Source of the DNA: an uncultured Pseudomonadota bacterium
GTDB taxonomy: Bacteria > Oederibacteriota > Muellerivitia > Muellerivitales > Muellerivitaceae
Assembly (NCBI GenBank): GCA_963770835.1
Contig: CAVYRH010000026.1
Location: 128,001 to 192,000, forward strand
Reading direction: 5' to 3'
Length of the DNA stretch: 64,000 bases
Shown here: in pieces, positions 55,518-64,000 of the stretch
How the letters are laid out: each line of letters opens with the position of its first letter
Numbering within the stretch: position 1 is the first letter of the stretch
Notes under the pieces: model-generated
Database searches by the model: none
What the model saw: the letters and a program-made list of their open reading frames with translations, nothing else
Told to the model about the DNA's origin: nothing
Position numbers and translations under genes: made by a program

Positions 55518-58514
55518 TCACCGCAGGATAAGAAGCTTCAGGATAGACCGTTTCCCATCCGCTTCCTCCACCACGTAATAAAGCCCGTTGGCCAGGGGTG
55601 TGCCATTCCCGTCCTTGGCCGGCAGGGTCAGCACTTGGCCTGGGGCCACCTGGCCGTAGGTCCAATCCAGCACTTTTCGGAAAGAAGTGGTGAAAACCTG
55701 CACCCGCACATCGGCGGTGGAAGGTACAAAGGGTTGGATGGTATAGAACCCGCTGAAGACCGGGTTGGGATAGAGGAAGGGCGTACCCTGGGGAACGGGG
55801 ATGGGCGAGGGGGTGAAGGTGGGCGTCGCGGTGAGAGTCGGGGTCGGCGAAGCCGTGCAGGGAGTCCCGTTCACCATGCAGGGTGTACTGGTGGGGGTGG
55901 GTGTAGGCGTCAGGGTTAGAGTGGGTGTTGCGGTGGGGCTTCCGGGGGCGCAGTAAAAGGCGATCTGGTCCGCCAAGAAGGCGAAGGTAGCGGGCGTCCC
56001 CTGGGTGACGAAGACGATTTCCGTCAGGTCGTTGGCCGGGGGCGTGGGCGGCAGGCCCGTCTGGGTTCCCCAGACCTGGCGGGTCATGGAGGAAAAAGGA
56101 ATGGGGTAAAAATGCCATTGGCCGTCGGCTGGGGTATTGATATCCACCCCGTAATAGTCGTAGTCGGTCACGGCTTGGCTGGCCGCCTCCACCCGGTAAG
56201 CGTTGCCGTCCCCCTTCATCCAAAGCTGGAGTCCCTGGATGCCATAGGAAGCCGCGTTGAAAGGCGCGTAAGAGGCATAAAGCGGACAGTACCATTCGGC
56301 ATAACCGGTTCCCGTAACGCTTCCGGTCACACCCGCCGAGTAAAGGGTTCCATTGGCGCCGGGGGCGTTGTAAGTGACCCCGATGGTGGCGGAGGAGACC
56401 AGCGTGGCCCAGTGGCCGCCCCAGAGGTTGGTGCGGGCGGGCGGGGTTCCGTTCAGGGCCTGGTTCTCGAAGTCGTCGATCATCGTCACGGGGCAGTAGG
56501 AACTGGGAATAAAGGTGTTGGTGGGGGTCGGCGGCACCGTGGGGGTTCCGGTGGGCGTCGGCGTGGGGGTCAAGGGAGGGGTGATGGTGCCGGAAGGGGT
56601 GGAGGTGGGTGTTGCCACCACGAAGGTGGAACCCGCGAAGAGGGAACTTAAAACCATGTAGGCCGCCACATCGTAGATACCGTCCTCGTTCACGACCCAG
56701 GGCTGGTTGCCGTTGTTGTAGTCCCGGTAAGCCTTGGTATAGGGGGCCTCGGCCCCACCGGTCGCGTCGGGCGGCACGTCGGTGCCTCCCAACTGCTGGT
56801 ACTGGTAAGTCGGTCCGTCGGGCACGTAGCCCGGCGGCGGGCCGTAGGTGGAGGTTTGGTTGTCGGCGGCCACGTAAGGGTAAAGGGGGTCCACCACGCC
56901 GGCGGGTTTTCCGATGAAATTGGAAAGGGAATAAGAGGAGCTGTACTGGCCAAACCAGGTGTTGTAAATGTGCCAGGAGCAGTGCTTGGCGCCCATGGAT
57001 TCGGTGTTGGTCATATAGACCATGTTCAGGGGGTTGGCACCGTGGAAGTAATGCAGGAAGTCCTCGGCGTGGGAGAAACATTGGGAGGTGGTATAGGAGC
57101 CGGTGATGCCCAGCTTGCCCGCCAGGAAAAGCTCCAGGCCGTCCGCGCCCTTGATCTGGTTGGAACCCCAGGGGTACATCCAATAAGCCATGCCCGAATG
57201 GTAGAGGTCGTCCTGGCTGAAGGTGGTGTTCACGAAATTGCCCATGGCCGTGGCCATGGCGGTGGTGACGGAGGCGGTGGCCCCGGGGGTCTGGAGGTAA
57301 TTGAAAATCGCCCAATCGGCGTAGGGCCCCGCCGGGTTCATTGAAAAGGAAGCCCAACTGGTGAAGTTGTCCACCACGCTTTGGGCCGCGCTTTGGGTGG
57401 GGTCCATGCGGAAGATTTCCGAGGCGGCCCAGACTTTGAGGTTGCCGTAGGGCAGGTAGGAAATTGTATTGGGATCGGTGTTGGGTGAATTGACCACCCA
57501 GTCGTTCCAGGTTTCCAAGGCCGCGGCCTTGAGCGTGGCCGCGTAGGAGGCCCCACCCGGAACGGAGGCGAAAATGCGCGCCGCATGGGCCACGTCGGCG
57601 GTGAAGACCGCCTCGCTCTCGAAGCAGGGAGGCATGTAGCCGCGCGGCGTGGTGTCACTGGAGGGCGGGGAGGCAAGGGTGCCCAGGTTGGTCACATGCA
57701 CCCCCTCCAACACGTGGCCGTCGGTCCTCAGCATTTTCAAGTACCAGTCCAGCTCCCACTTGGCCTGGTTGAGGATGTCGGGAAAACCGTCGCCGGATTC
57801 GGGCAAGCCTATCTGGTTGGGCGGGAAGAGGCCGGGGTTCATCTCATAGGCCGTCAGCAGGTAGAAGACGGTGTCGCCGTTGTCGCCGGTCTCGGTCACG
57901 CCGCAGCTGGTGCCGGGGCCGATCTTTTTCTCGAAATCCCCCGCGTCGTGCCAGCCGCCCGAAAGGTCCAGGGTTCCGTAATTGGCGTTGAGGGCCGGGT
58001 AGGAAATGGAAGTGGAGCAGAAAGCCGTGCAGGCCGCGTCGGAGGCGTGGCAGGCCGAGTCGGTCCAGACACCGGCGTAAGCCGCAGTCTTGGGCGCGCC
58101 GCAGCGGGCGTAATAGAGGCCCCGCAAAGCCGCGGTCACGGGCGCCTGGTAGCGGGTGTCGGAGATTTGGAAGTTATAGGACTGCTCGGTGAGCGCGGCA
58201 GAATAAACGTAGTAGGTCCCGGGCGCGGTAAGGGCGGAGAAATCCACCCACCAGACATGGTCGCCGGACATGAGCGGCGAGGAAGTATCGGTACCCTTGT
58301 CGGTAATGGAAGCGGTGGTCGTGACCAGGACAGAGGTGGCGGCGTCGTGCACCTCCACCGAGGTTCCCGGGTTGGCGGTGAAATAGGCGATCTTGGTGTC
58401 GCCGGTTCGGTAGCCGAAATGGTCCAGCTTGATGTCGCCCAGGATGGGGGCGGCATCGAGCCCGCCCGGAACCAGGCCCAAGAGGAAAATCCAAAAAAGA
58501 AGTTTTTTTTCCAC
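55518..58514 (-). CDS. GH9 glycoside hydrolase: Ig-like, GH9, PT linker, CBM11-like, PT linker, C-terminal sorting-like domain
   Basis: AGGAGG RBS plus GTG 58514; signal peptide; DLSGGWHDAGD; HG.NP; WVVNE; LYPNP...LANGLYYV. Confidence 0.88.
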   Translation of the reverse strand: MEKKLLFWIFLLGLVPGGLDAAPILGDIKLDHFGYRTGDTKIAYFTANPGTSVEVHDAATSVLVTTTASITDKGTDTSSPLMSGDHVWWVDFSALTAPGTYYVYSAALTEQSYNFQISDTRYQAPVTAALRGLYYARCGAPKTAAYAGVWTDSACHASDAACTAFCSTSISYPALNANYGTLDLSGGWHDAGDFEKKIGPGTSCGVTETGDNGDTVFYLLTAYEMNPGLFPPNQIGLPESGDGFPDILNQAKWELDWYLKMLRTDGHVLEGVHVTNLGTLASPPSSDTTPRGYMPPCFESEAVFTADVAHAARIFASVPGGASYAATLKAAALETWNDWVVNSPNTDPNTISYLPYGNLKVWAASEIFRMDPTQSAAQSVVDNFTSWASFSMNPAGPYADWAIFNYLQTPGATASVTTAMATAMGNFVNTTFSQDDLYHSGMAYWMYPWGSNQIKGADGLELFLAGKLGITGSYTTSQCFSHAEDFLHYFHGANPLNMVYMTNTESMGAKHCSWHIYNTWFGQYSSSYSLSNFIGKPAGVVDPLYPYVAADNQTSTYGPPPGYVPDGPTYQYQQLGGTDVPPDATGGAEAPYTKAYRDYNNGNQPWVVNEDGIYDVAAYMVLSSLFAGSTFVVATPTSTPSGTITPPLTPTPTPTGTPTVPPTPTNTFIPSSYCPVTMIDDFENQALNGTPPARTNLWGGHWATLVSSATIGVTYNAPGANGTLYSAGVTGSVTGTGYAEWYCPLYASYAPFNAASYGIQGLQLWMKGDGNAYRVEAASQAVTDYDYYGVDINTPADGQWHFYPIPFSSMTRQVWGTQTGLPPTPPANDLTEIVFVTQGTPATFAFLADQIAFYCAPGSPTATPTLTLTPTPTPTSTPCMVNGTPCTASPTPTLTATPTFTPSPIPVPQGTPFLYPNPVFSGFYTIQPFVPSTADVRVQVFTTSFRKVLDWTYGQVAPGQVLTLPAKDGNGTPLANGLYYVVEEADGKRSILKLLILR

Positions 58515-58575
58515 AGGGACCTCCTGGCGTTTCGGACCTTCAAACGCCCTTGAAGTATGGAACCCAGCCCTTAAA

Positions 58576-59640
58576 ATGACCATATCCATGGTTATTCAAG
58601 ACATATCGCATTTTAAGCACAAGGCCTGGGCTCATCCGCCTCCCATCACGGTCTTCACGGCCGGGACCAAAGTGGATCCGCCGGGCGCCACCTTCGGGCC
58701 CCGGCTGCAACCCAGCCTTGAGTTCGTATGGGTGCGGTCCGGGTCGGTCCGCGCCCGGATCGATCAAAGGGCCGTCGATGGAGGGCCCGGCACGATCCTC
58801 CTGGTCCAGCCTGGAGTCCGGGACCATTATGACTGGTCCAAAAGCGGGCGGAGCGTCCATTCGTTCCTCCATTTCTTTTTCGGTCCGGTTCCGAAAACCT
58901 GGCCTCCGGAAGGCGGCCCCATCCCCTTGAGGACCCTTCCCAAGGACTGGCCGCCGCCCGCCCGGTGGCCCTTGGCCCGGGCCTTTTTCCACGGCCACAC
59001 GATGTTCCAGCTCTTCCGGCAGGTCTTGTCGTTTTTCCCGCTGACGGAGGGAAGGTTCAAACCGCTTTTGGGTCCCACCGTCGAACTGATGTTGCGGCTT
59101 TACCTTTGCGGGCCCGCGGACCCGCCCCGGGAAGCGAGTTTCGACCCGGGCCTGCCGCCACCCCTGGAAAAGGTCCTTACCTGGCTAGTCGAACGTTTAA
59201 GAAGGAACCCCCAGGCGAAGGTGCGGCTTTCCGAGATGGCGGAAGCGGCATTCGTCACGCCGCCCTATCTTTGCCGCTTGTTCGCGAAAGAATTGAAGAT
59301 CAAACCCATGGAATGCGTGAAACTCCTGAAGGCGGAATACGCCAGCGAGTTGTTGGAGAGAACCCAAATGACTCTCAAGGAAATCTCAGGCCACGTCGGC
59401 TTCGAAAACCCTTTCCACTTCTCCAGGGTTTACAAGGAGATTTACGGCTTGTCACCCAAGGCCTACCGGGAAGGGTTCCGTAAGGGCACACACCTGCGTC
59501 CTTATTCGCCTATCTTCCGGAAATACCAACTGACCCAGATCCTCTCCATTGCGACCTTCAAGCAACAACTTCCCTCGTTCCGGGTCATGCCTAAAAAATA
59601 CAGGACTAAAATCCTAGGAAAAACCGGGGTTTGGGAATGA
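58576..59640 (+). CDS. AraC-family transcriptional regulator
   Basis: Cupin-like N-terminus; LSEMA..A.VT..YLCRLF; LKEIS..VGFENPFHFSRVYK..YG.SP..YR; start uncertain (58576 or 58588). Confidence 0.88.
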   Translation: MTISMVIQDISHFKHKAWAHPPPITVFTAGTKVDPPGATFGPRLQPSLEFVWVRSGSVRARIDQRAVDGGPGTILLVQPGVRDHYDWSKSGRSVHSFLHFFFGPVPKTWPPEGGPIPLRTLPKDWPPPARWPLARAFFHGHTMFQLFRQVLSFFPLTEGRFKPLLGPTVELMLRLYLCGPADPPREASFDPGLPPPLEKVLTWLVERLRRNPQAKVRLSEMAEAAFVTPPYLCRLFAKELKIKPMECVKLLKAEYASELLERTQMTLKEISGHVGFENPFHFSRVYKEIYGLSPKAYREGFRKGTHLRPYSPIFRKYQLTQILSIATFKQQLPSFRVMPKKYRTKILGKTGVWE

Positions 59641-59681
59641 ATAGAAATTGTTTCCTTAAACTTTGAAATTAAGGAGGGTGC

Positions 59682-60209
59682 ATGCCCAACATCGAAATCA
59701 AGGCTCTCTACCCCGACCTGGACAAGGCCCGCGCCATCGCCCGGGTCCTCAAGGCCCGTTATATGGGGCGGGACCGCCAGGTGGACACCTATTTCCGTAC
59801 ACCCGCGGGCAGGTTGAAGCTCCGGGAATCGGCCTTGAAAGGGGCGCAATTGATCCCCTGCGTGAGGCCCAACCGGAAGGGGCCGAAACAAAGCGATTAC
59901 CTGGTGATCCCGGTGGAGAAGGGTTCCGAAGCCAAGAGGCTTTTCGAAGCCCTTTTTGGAATCGACGCCGTCGTGGACAAGCAAAGGGACCTTTTCCTTT
60001 CCGGGAACGTGCGGATCCACCTGGACCGGGTGAAGGGCCTGGGGGACTTCCTGGAGTTCGAGGCGGTCTACAAGACCGATTCGGCTAAAAACCGCGCCGT
60101 GGAAAAAGGAAAGGTCGAAAAGCTTCTGCGGATATTTGAAGTACCTTCGAAATCGCTGTTGAGGGACTCCTACCGGGAATTAGTCCTCAAAAGAAAATTT
60201 CGAAAGTAA
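59682..60209 (+). CDS. CYTH domain protein (class IV adenylate cyclase-like)
   Basis: NIEIKA, Q.DTYF, GRLKLR, K.R, RIHLD.V.GLG.FLEFE, SY. Confidence 0.88.
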   Translation: MPNIEIKALYPDLDKARAIARVLKARYMGRDRQVDTYFRTPAGRLKLRESALKGAQLIPCVRPNRKGPKQSDYLVIPVEKGSEAKRLFEALFGIDAVVDKQRDLFLSGNVRIHLDRVKGLGDFLEFEAVYKTDSAKNRAVEKGKVEKLLRIFEVPSKSLLRDSYRELVLKRKFRK

Positions 60210-60332
60210 ATTCTCCGGCGGTCACGGGATAAAACTGGAAAACTTTCCGGTTTTTGATATAGTTTTGCCTTCACACCTTTACCCCGCCAACCCGCCGCAC
60301 CTATCGACGCCTTCTCAACCCAAGGAGTTTTC

Positions 60333-60695
60333 ATGCGCAAGTTCGCCAAGACCCACGAGTGGTACGAAGACTTAGGCTCCGGCAAGATCAAAATCGGCAT
60401 TTCCAAACACGCGGCCCACGAGCTTTCCGACATCGTTTTCGTTGAGCTCCCCGACGTTGGAAAGAAGCTGGCGGATAAGCAAAGCCTTTGCGTGCTGGAA
60501 TCGGTGAAGGCCGTGGCCGACGCCTACAGTCCGGCGGGAACCGTGGTGGAAGTGAACACCAAGCTCAAGGACCAGGCGAGCCTGGTGAACCAGGACCCTG
60601 AAGGCGCCGGATGGATCGCCATTGTCCAGCTTGATAATCCGGGGGCTTTATCCGAGTATTTGACGGAAGAACAATACCTCGCGACACTCCACTGA
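60333..60695 (+). CDS. gcvH: Glycine cleavage system H protein
   Basis: THEW, DIVFVELP, ESVK lipoyl-Lys, VN.DP...GWI. Confidence 0.93.
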   Translation: MRKFAKTHEWYEDLGSGKIKIGISKHAAHELSDIVFVELPDVGKKLADKQSLCVLESVKAVADAYSPAGTVVEVNTKLKDQASLVNQDPEGAGWIAIVQLDNPGALSEYLTEEQYLATLH

Positions 60696-60703
60696 AGAAA
60701 ATG

Positions 60704-60779
60704 AGTAATTAGGAGTTAGGAATTAGGAATTTGAAGTTTGCGGCCTTCATTCCTAATTACTAATTTCGAATTCCTAATT
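60704..60779. repeat. Inverted heptamer tandem arrays
   Basis: (aggaatt)-like units, a tgaag/cttca-closed spacer, then (ttcctaa)-like units, between gcvH and gcvP. Confidence 0.8.
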
Positions 60780-60789
60780 GGAGCCAAGA

Positions 60790-63516
60790 TTGGCATATAT
60801 ACCCATTACCCCAGCTGATGAAAAAGAAATGTTGGCGACGATAGGGGTGAAGAACCTCGACGACCTCTTCGCCGACGTGCCGCCCTCCCAGATCCTCAAG
60901 AACGGCCTCAACCTGCCCCATGGCCTCACCGAACCCGAGCTCAAGCGTTGGTTTTCCATGATCGGCCGCAACAACCAGCCGGTCTCCGACCGTCCCTGCT
61001 TTTTGGGGGCAGGCCTTTATTACCACGAGGTTCCGGCGGCGGTGAAGGCGGTGGTGACCCGGCCCGAATTCCTGACATCCTATACCCCCTACCAGCCCGA
61101 GATCGCGCAGGGAACGCTACAAGTCCTCTTCGACTTCCAAACCTACATGGCGGAACTGACCGGCCTGGAGGTCTCCAACGCCTCACTTTACGACGGCGCC
61201 TCCGCCGTGGCCGAGGCCGCGCTTTTGGCCCTGAGGATCAAGAAGGCCGAGTCCTTCGTATATGTTTCCCGGGGCGTGCATCCCGAGTACCGACAGACCA
61301 TCCAGACCTATTTGAACCCCCAGGGGCATCAGATCCGCGAGATCGGCTTGAAGGGCACCGAGACGGATCTGGAACAATTGAAGACCGACCTTTGGCCCAA
61401 TTCCGTGGTGGTGGTGCAATACCCCAATTTCCTCGGGACCATCGAGGACCTGGCGGCCATTTCCAAGATATGCAAAGAGAAGAATTCCTACCTGGTGGTG
61501 GCGGTGGCCGAGGGCATGAACCTGGCCCTTTTGCCCTCGCCGGGATCGCTCGGCGCGGATGTCTGCGCGGGAAGCGCCCAATCCTTCGGCAATATCCTGG
61601 AATTCGGCGGGCCCCACGCGGGCTTCCTGACCGCCCGCTTCGAGGATATCCGCCAAATGCCCGGCCGCATCGTGGGCGAAACGGTCGACCGCAACGGCAA
61701 GGCCGCCTGCGTGCTCACTTTTCAGGCGCGCGAACAACATATCCGCCGCGAAAGGGCGGCCTGCAACGTCTGCACCACCCAGTCCCTTATGGCCAACTTC
61801 GCCTCGGCCTGGCTTTACTTTAAAGGGGGGACGGGCGCCCAACAGGTAGCGAAGGATGGCGCGGCCATAGCCCATGCGGTGGCGACGGAAATCCAGAAAA
61901 TCCCCGGCTTCAAGGTGGAAACGGCCCGTTACGCCAACGAGTTCGTGGTCCACCCCCCCGCCGCCGGCTTCGCCAATTTCCTTTCCGAATGGGGCGTGGT
62001 AGCGCCTTATGACCTATCAACGGATTATCCGGAATACAAAGACTGTGTGCTGGTGGCCTGCACCGAACTGACCAGCCTGGAGGATATGGAATCCTTCATC
62101 TCGGCCTGCGAGGAATTCTCCGCCAAGGGCCACGCGGGGAAAGTCCACCAGAAGCCGACCCAACTGCCCAAATGGATCGAGATCCGCACCCCCGCCAAAA
62201 TCGAGGCCCATCCCGAAGTGGATCTGGTGCGTTATTACACCGACCTGGCCCGCAAAAATTTCTGCATCGACAACGGTTTTTACCCCTTGGGTTCCTGCAC
62301 CATGAAGTACAACCCGAAGGTCCACGAGGAAATCGCCTTCGCCGACGCCTGGGCCAACCTGCACCCCGCCCAGCGCGAGGACGAGGTCCAGGGGGCGCTC
62401 CAAGTGATGTACGACCTGGAACAATGGCTCAAGGAAATCACCGGCTGCCACGTCCTCACCTTGCAACCCGCCGCCGGGGCCCATGGGGAACTGACGGCCC
62501 TCTTGATGGCCAAGCGGTACTTCGCCGACCGGGGCGAGCACCAGAGGGTCAACGTGATCGTGCCGGACTCGGCCCACGGCACCAACCCGGCCTCCGCCAC
62601 CATGGCGGGCTGGAAGACCATCTCCATTCCCACCGACGAACGGGGAAACATGAACGTGGAACTCCTCAAGGCGAAGCTAGGGAAGGACACGGCGGTCTTG
62701 ATGCTGACGAACCCGAGCACGCTCGGGTTGTTCGAGGAACATATTTTGGAGGTGGCCAAGCTGGTCCATGACGCGGGGGGTCTTCTTTATTATGACGGCG
62801 CCAATATGAACGCCATTGTGGGGATCTGCCGGCCGGCGGATATGGGGTTCGACTTGGTGCATCTGAATCTTCACAAGACGTTTTCCACGCCGCACGGCGG
62901 CGGCGGGCCGGGATCGGGGCCGGTGGGGGCCACGAAGGCGCTGGAGCCCTACTTGCCGGAACCCAGGGTCTTCAAGGAAGGGAACCGCTATTACTTGAAG
63001 TCCGGTTCGCCCCAATCCATCGGGCGGATGAAAGGCAACGTCGGCAATTTCGGGGTGCTGCTCCGGGCGCTGGCCTATTGCAAGCGCCTGGGGAAGGAAG
63101 GGCTGGAAAGAGTGGGCCGCATCGCCACCTTGAACGCCAACTACCTCTTGGCGCGGCTGAAGAACCACTACCCGGTGGCCTACGACCGCCTGTGCAAGCA
63201 CGAGTTCGTGCTGACCGCCGAACCACTGAAGAAAAAGTACGGCATCTCGGCGCTGGATATCGCCAAGCGCCTCATCGACTTCAACTACCACCCGCCCACC
63301 ATTTATTTCCCGTTGGTGGTGCCGGAGTCCATCATGGTGGAGCCCACCGAAACCGAAACCAAGAAGACTTTGGACGAGTTCGTGGACGCCATGCTCAAGA
63401 TCCGCACCGAAATGGAAATCAATCCCGACGTCTTCAAGAATGCGCCCTACTCCACGCCGGTTTCCCGGCTGGACGAGGTTAAGGCCGTCAAAGAACCGAA
63501 ACTCGTTAAAAAGTAA
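60790..63516 (+). CDS. gcvP: Glycine dehydrogenase, fused GcvPA-GcvPB
   Basis: GGAG plus TTG 60790; EFLTSYTPYQPEIAQG, REQHIRRE, FYPLGSCTMKYNPK, NLHKTFSTPHGGGGPG (PLP Lys), EPTETE. Confidence 0.93.
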   Translation: MAYIPITPADEKEMLATIGVKNLDDLFADVPPSQILKNGLNLPHGLTEPELKRWFSMIGRNNQPVSDRPCFLGAGLYYHEVPAAVKAVVTRPEFLTSYTPYQPEIAQGTLQVLFDFQTYMAELTGLEVSNASLYDGASAVAEAALLALRIKKAESFVYVSRGVHPEYRQTIQTYLNPQGHQIREIGLKGTETDLEQLKTDLWPNSVVVVQYPNFLGTIEDLAAISKICKEKNSYLVVAVAEGMNLALLPSPGSLGADVCAGSAQSFGNILEFGGPHAGFLTARFEDIRQMPGRIVGETVDRNGKAACVLTFQAREQHIRRERAACNVCTTQSLMANFASAWLYFKGGTGAQQVAKDGAAIAHAVATEIQKIPGFKVETARYANEFVVHPPAAGFANFLSEWGVVAPYDLSTDYPEYKDCVLVACTELTSLEDMESFISACEEFSAKGHAGKVHQKPTQLPKWIEIRTPAKIEAHPEVDLVRYYTDLARKNFCIDNGFYPLGSCTMKYNPKVHEEIAFADAWANLHPAQREDEVQGALQVMYDLEQWLKEITGCHVLTLQPAAGAHGELTALLMAKRYFADRGEHQRVNVIVPDSAHGTNPASATMAGWKTISIPTDERGNMNVELLKAKLGKDTAVLMLTNPSTLGLFEEHILEVAKLVHDAGGLLYYDGANMNAIVGICRPADMGFDLVHLNLHKTFSTPHGGGGPGSGPVGATKALEPYLPEPRVFKEGNRYYLKSGSPQSIGRMKGNVGNFGVLLRALAYCKRLGKEGLERVGRIATLNANYLLARLKNHYPVAYDRLCKHEFVLTAEPLKKKYGISALDIAKRLIDFNYHPPTIYFPLVVPESIMVEPTETETKKTLDEFVDAMLKIRTEMEINPDVFKNAPYSTPVSRLDEVKAVKEPKLVKK

Positions 63517-63655
63517 ATCTTGCCCTGAATGAAGCCGTTTTTAACCTTCCTCCCCCCGGTAGTAACCGAAAAAGAAACCCTCTCCCGTGGTTGGTGCGTC
63601 TAAAATGGGTAGCCGTTGGGGCCTTCCAAGGCCCGATCTTTCGGAGGGGGTTCTT

Positions 63656-64000
63656 ATGAACCGAATTACTGCTTTGATCGTCGCGATTCTTTTTATTCCC
63701 GCTTTGACCGTATTGGCAGATAACAACAATTCCCACTCAGGCAGGAACAATAATTCCGGAGGCCGGACTACCTCCGGCCGGACGAAGTCCTCCCCGGCCC
63801 CGGCCCGGCAGCCGGTGGTCATCAACATGTCCCGTCCCTCCAGCGGCGGTCATAACCAGAACTTTCCCTCCCAAAGGCCGGCCCCGCAAACCGCGAAACC
63901 CTCCCAGCCTTCCTATGGCCGGCTTAATTGGACCGCTCCGTCCGGCGGGACCCACACCTTCAACCAAGGCACCCGCCCGGGCCAGTCGCCCGTCCTGGTC
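63656..64000 (+). CDS. 3'-truncated secreted low-complexity protein (absent from ORF track)
   Basis: GGAGG RBS; MNRITALIVAILFIPALTVLA-DNNNSHSGR...; open to the window end. Confidence 0.65.
   Translation, partial: MNRITALIVAILFIPALTVLADNNNSHSGRNNNSGGRTTSGRTKSSPAPARQPVVINMSRPSSGGHNQNFPSQRPAPQTAKPSQPSYGRLNWTAPSGGTHTFNQGTRPGQSPVLV

Noticed and set aside
55504..57357. Long alternative-frame ORFs (this 617-aa one, 20829-22229, 51206-52432, 19308-20468, 6896-7915 and similar)
   Set aside because: They overlap well-supported genes and have Arg/Pro/Gly-rich or antisense-shadow composition typical of high-GC DNA.

Overview
GC-rich bacterial chromosomal segment from a diderm organism (TolC, an outer-membrane beta-barrel and lipoproteins are present). 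It holds about 62 CDS, one tRNA-Val(CAC), and no rRNA, CRISPR array, integrase or transposase that I can see. Housekeeping genes include nadE, a PTPS/QueD-family gene, prfC, gmhA and a scattered but complete glycine-cleavage set (LipM/LplA-like ligase, lpdA, gcvT, gcvH and an in-frame GcvPA-GcvPB fusion). Accessory content is rich in envelope functions: four large GT-C-type membrane glycosyltransferase candidates, several secreted proteins with Pro/Thr linkers (GH9, NHL, CBM-like), C-terminal Ig-like or sorting-like domains, a TolC operon with a Cys/Asp-repeat lipoprotein, and a Ser/Thr-rich pore-forming-like protein. The strongest sequence-level oddity is an all-synonymous duplicate of the last 14 codons of lpdA, each copy followed by a structurally conserved two-hairpin element. 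Other oddities are a duplicated response-regulator gene with its upstream region around an XRE gene, two adjacent pseudogenes, and several families of inverted short tandem repeats. The PT-linker and 'LANGLYYV' C-terminal style reminds me of candidate division FCPU426-like genomes, but that is an unverified impression. All family calls come from recognising motifs by eye, not from database searches.
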